Source of the DNA: Octopus vulgaris
Lineage: Eukaryota
DNA length: 64,000 bases
Assembly: GCA_951406725.2 (NCBI GenBank)
Contig: OX597815.1
Span: 59,768,001-59,832,000 of the forward strand
Direction: 5' to 3'
Of the stretch, positions 61,974 to 64,000 are shown in pieces. The position numbers and the translations under genes were made by a program. The notes under the pieces are model-generated. The model worked only from the letters and a program-made list of their open reading frames with translations. It was not told the DNA's origin and made no database searches. The stretch's first letter is position 1; the number at the start of each line of letters is the position of its first letter.

Positions 61974-62845
61974 AGTCACATTCTATTGTCAAGGAAGCTT
62001 GCAAATTGGCGAGTGAACTTGGCATTAACCCTGAATTAGATGAAGATCCTGAAACCACTGCTACCAAACAAGAAAATCAAGGAGACTCCAAAAAAGAACG
62101 GGCAGAAACAAATTGAGGAGCGGTGGAGTCAGAAGTCACTGCATGGCAATATAGTCTTCGAAGTCGAAATGCTGATGTAAACCAAGCAACCACCTATCAG
62201 TGACTGAGAAGTTCAAGACTGAAAGCAGAGACTGAATGTTTCAATTTGACGGCATAAGATAAAAGCTTCCTTACCAGTAACTACCAGGCTAACGTTCTTC
62301 CAAAAGGTTCTGACTCTAAATGCAGATTCTGGGACACATTTGACGAAACAATAGACCATCTCGTTTCGGGATGTCCTGTGCTGACACCAAACGAATACTA
62401 AAATCGCCACGAAAGGATTGAACAGTATTTCCAATGGAAAATATGTAAACACGACAAAATCGGCACTCCTGCTTACTGTTACGAACGTCATCCTGAGCCG
62501 GTCCTTGAAGGCAAAAATGTCACTACCGTTTGGGATTTTCCAGTTAAACCGACAAAGCAATCCAGGTAAATCGACCAGACATAATTATTAAAGACAGGGA
62601 AGAAAATATTTGTAAACTAATAGATGTATGTGTTCCCACTGATAAAAATATATCTGTAAAGGAATTTGACAAATTAAGTAAATCTAAGGACCTAGAAATT
62701 GAAATACAAAAGATATTTCTGTTATTGTAAGTGCCCTCGGTATGATAAAAAAGGGATATCAGAAACATCTAGACAACATCCCAGGAGAACCATGTTTCAG
62801 AGAAATCCAATAGAGTGTGCTGACAAGTACCGCCCACATCCGTAT
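61974..62845 (+). pseudogene. R4/Dong-type non-LTR 3' fragment (CCHC plus restriction-like endonuclease)
   Basis: Manual translation CRF...ETIDHLVSGCPVL...RH and NRPDIIIKDREENICKLIDVCVPTDKNISVKEFDKLSK; flanked by (AAT/GAT)n. Confidence 0.78.
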
Positions 62846-62846
62846 G

Positions 62847-62903
<57 letters not shown>

Positions 62904-63005
62904 GTAATAATAATAATGATCTTAAATGATTGGAAGTGTTATCATGTACATTGTTTTGTCTTGGTATAAAAGATGGGCTACAGCAAATATTCTGCTCAAT
63001 ACCAC

Positions 63006-63246
63006 TTGTGGAGGCGCAATGGCCTAGTGGTTAGGGCAGCGGACTTGCGGTCGGAGGATCGCGGTTTCGATTCCCAGACCGGGCGTTGTGTGTGTTTATT
63101 GAGCGAAAACACCTAAAAGCTCCACGAGGCTCCGGCAGGAGGTGGTGATCCCTGCTGTACTCTTTCACCACTCTAAAAGGCGGTGCTCCAGCATGGCCGC
63201 AGTCAAATGACTGAAACAAGTACAGAAAAAAAAAAAAAAAAAAAAA
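63006..63246 (+). mobile_element. Short SINE: family C head, family A tail, poly(A), 8-bp TSD
   Basis: TGGCCTAGTGG and GGTTTCGATTCCC boxes; tail GGCGGTGCTCCAGCATGGCCGCAGTC; AATACCAC at 62998-63005 and 63247-63254. Confidence 0.88.
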
Positions 63247-63683
63247 AATACCACAGATTTGCTTGTCAGTTGTTTGACCGTAACCAGTTGAGCATGTCCC
63301 TTAGTGGCTGACGATATGTGCATCTCTAATCACGAGCAGAAGTAGTGGGGGAGCATCATAGCCATGTGTTGAGAGGGATTCTTTGGGGTTTGAATAATTC
63401 ACCTCTGGAAACATGGGTGGTTCTTTCAACATCCTTAAACAACCCTTATTCAGGGACCTTTTGAGCGGGATGGGCTACTGAACCTGAAGAAAATTCTAAC
63501 TGCGCACCACCTGCAAGGTCATGTGCTGTTTATTTTGATATGAGAGATCACCATGTCGCGCACATATGGTTGTGATGCATGTGCCCGGTGTACCCTTATC
63601 AGACGGGTAGTCATGATGGGTATATTGGGCTTCGTATATTTTACCACAGTGTCACTTTGATGGCATGAATTGCTCTCTCACTC

Positions 63684-63732
<49 letters not shown>

Positions 63733-63734
<2 letters not shown>

Positions 63735-63899
63735 TCTTTTACTTGTTTCAGTCATTTCACTGCGGCCATACTGGAGCATCGCCTTTAGGCGAATCAATCA
63801 ACCCCAGGACTTATTCTTGCCGAACCGCTAAGCTACGGGGACCGAAAAACACCAGCATCGGTTGTCAAGCGATGCTGGGGGGACAAACACAGACACACA

Positions 63900-63936
<37 letters not shown>

Positions 63937-64000
63937 CATATATACGACGGGCTTCTTTCAGTTTCCGTCTACCAAATCCACTCACAAGGCTTTGGTTGGC
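63733..64000 (-). mobile_element. SINE family A, runs off the window end
   Basis: Matches 37826-38118. Confidence 0.88.

Overview
AT-rich, microsatellite-saturated eukaryotic DNA with one 100-N scaffold gap. The SINE families and the (TA)n/(CA)n/(AAT)n density suggest an octopus or other coleoid cephalopod (inference). No host protein-coding gene is confidently visible; nearly all non-microsatellite sequence is mobile DNA. It includes an intact RTE LINE (1109 aa ORF, 9-bp TSD), a frameshifted CR1/L2-group LINE, two Gypsy relics, four Penelope-like element (PLE) relics, an R4/Dong-type fragment in (AAT)n, a mariner, a Chapaev3-like transposon, a Helitron-like element and many tRNA-derived SINEs. 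The main observation is about 20 type I hammerhead ribozyme (HHR) motifs from several non-coding families, read by eye. Most lie in head-to-head inverted pairs whose outer ends run into (TA)n. Two loci (19.6-21.1 kb and 32.8-34.3 kb) are tandem ~535-bp HHR units. In the first, the inversion junction falls exactly at the predicted self-cleavage site. This suggests a TA-targeted, retrozyme-like (possibly circular RNA) system mobilised by PLEs. All folds and family calls are manual and unverified by computation.
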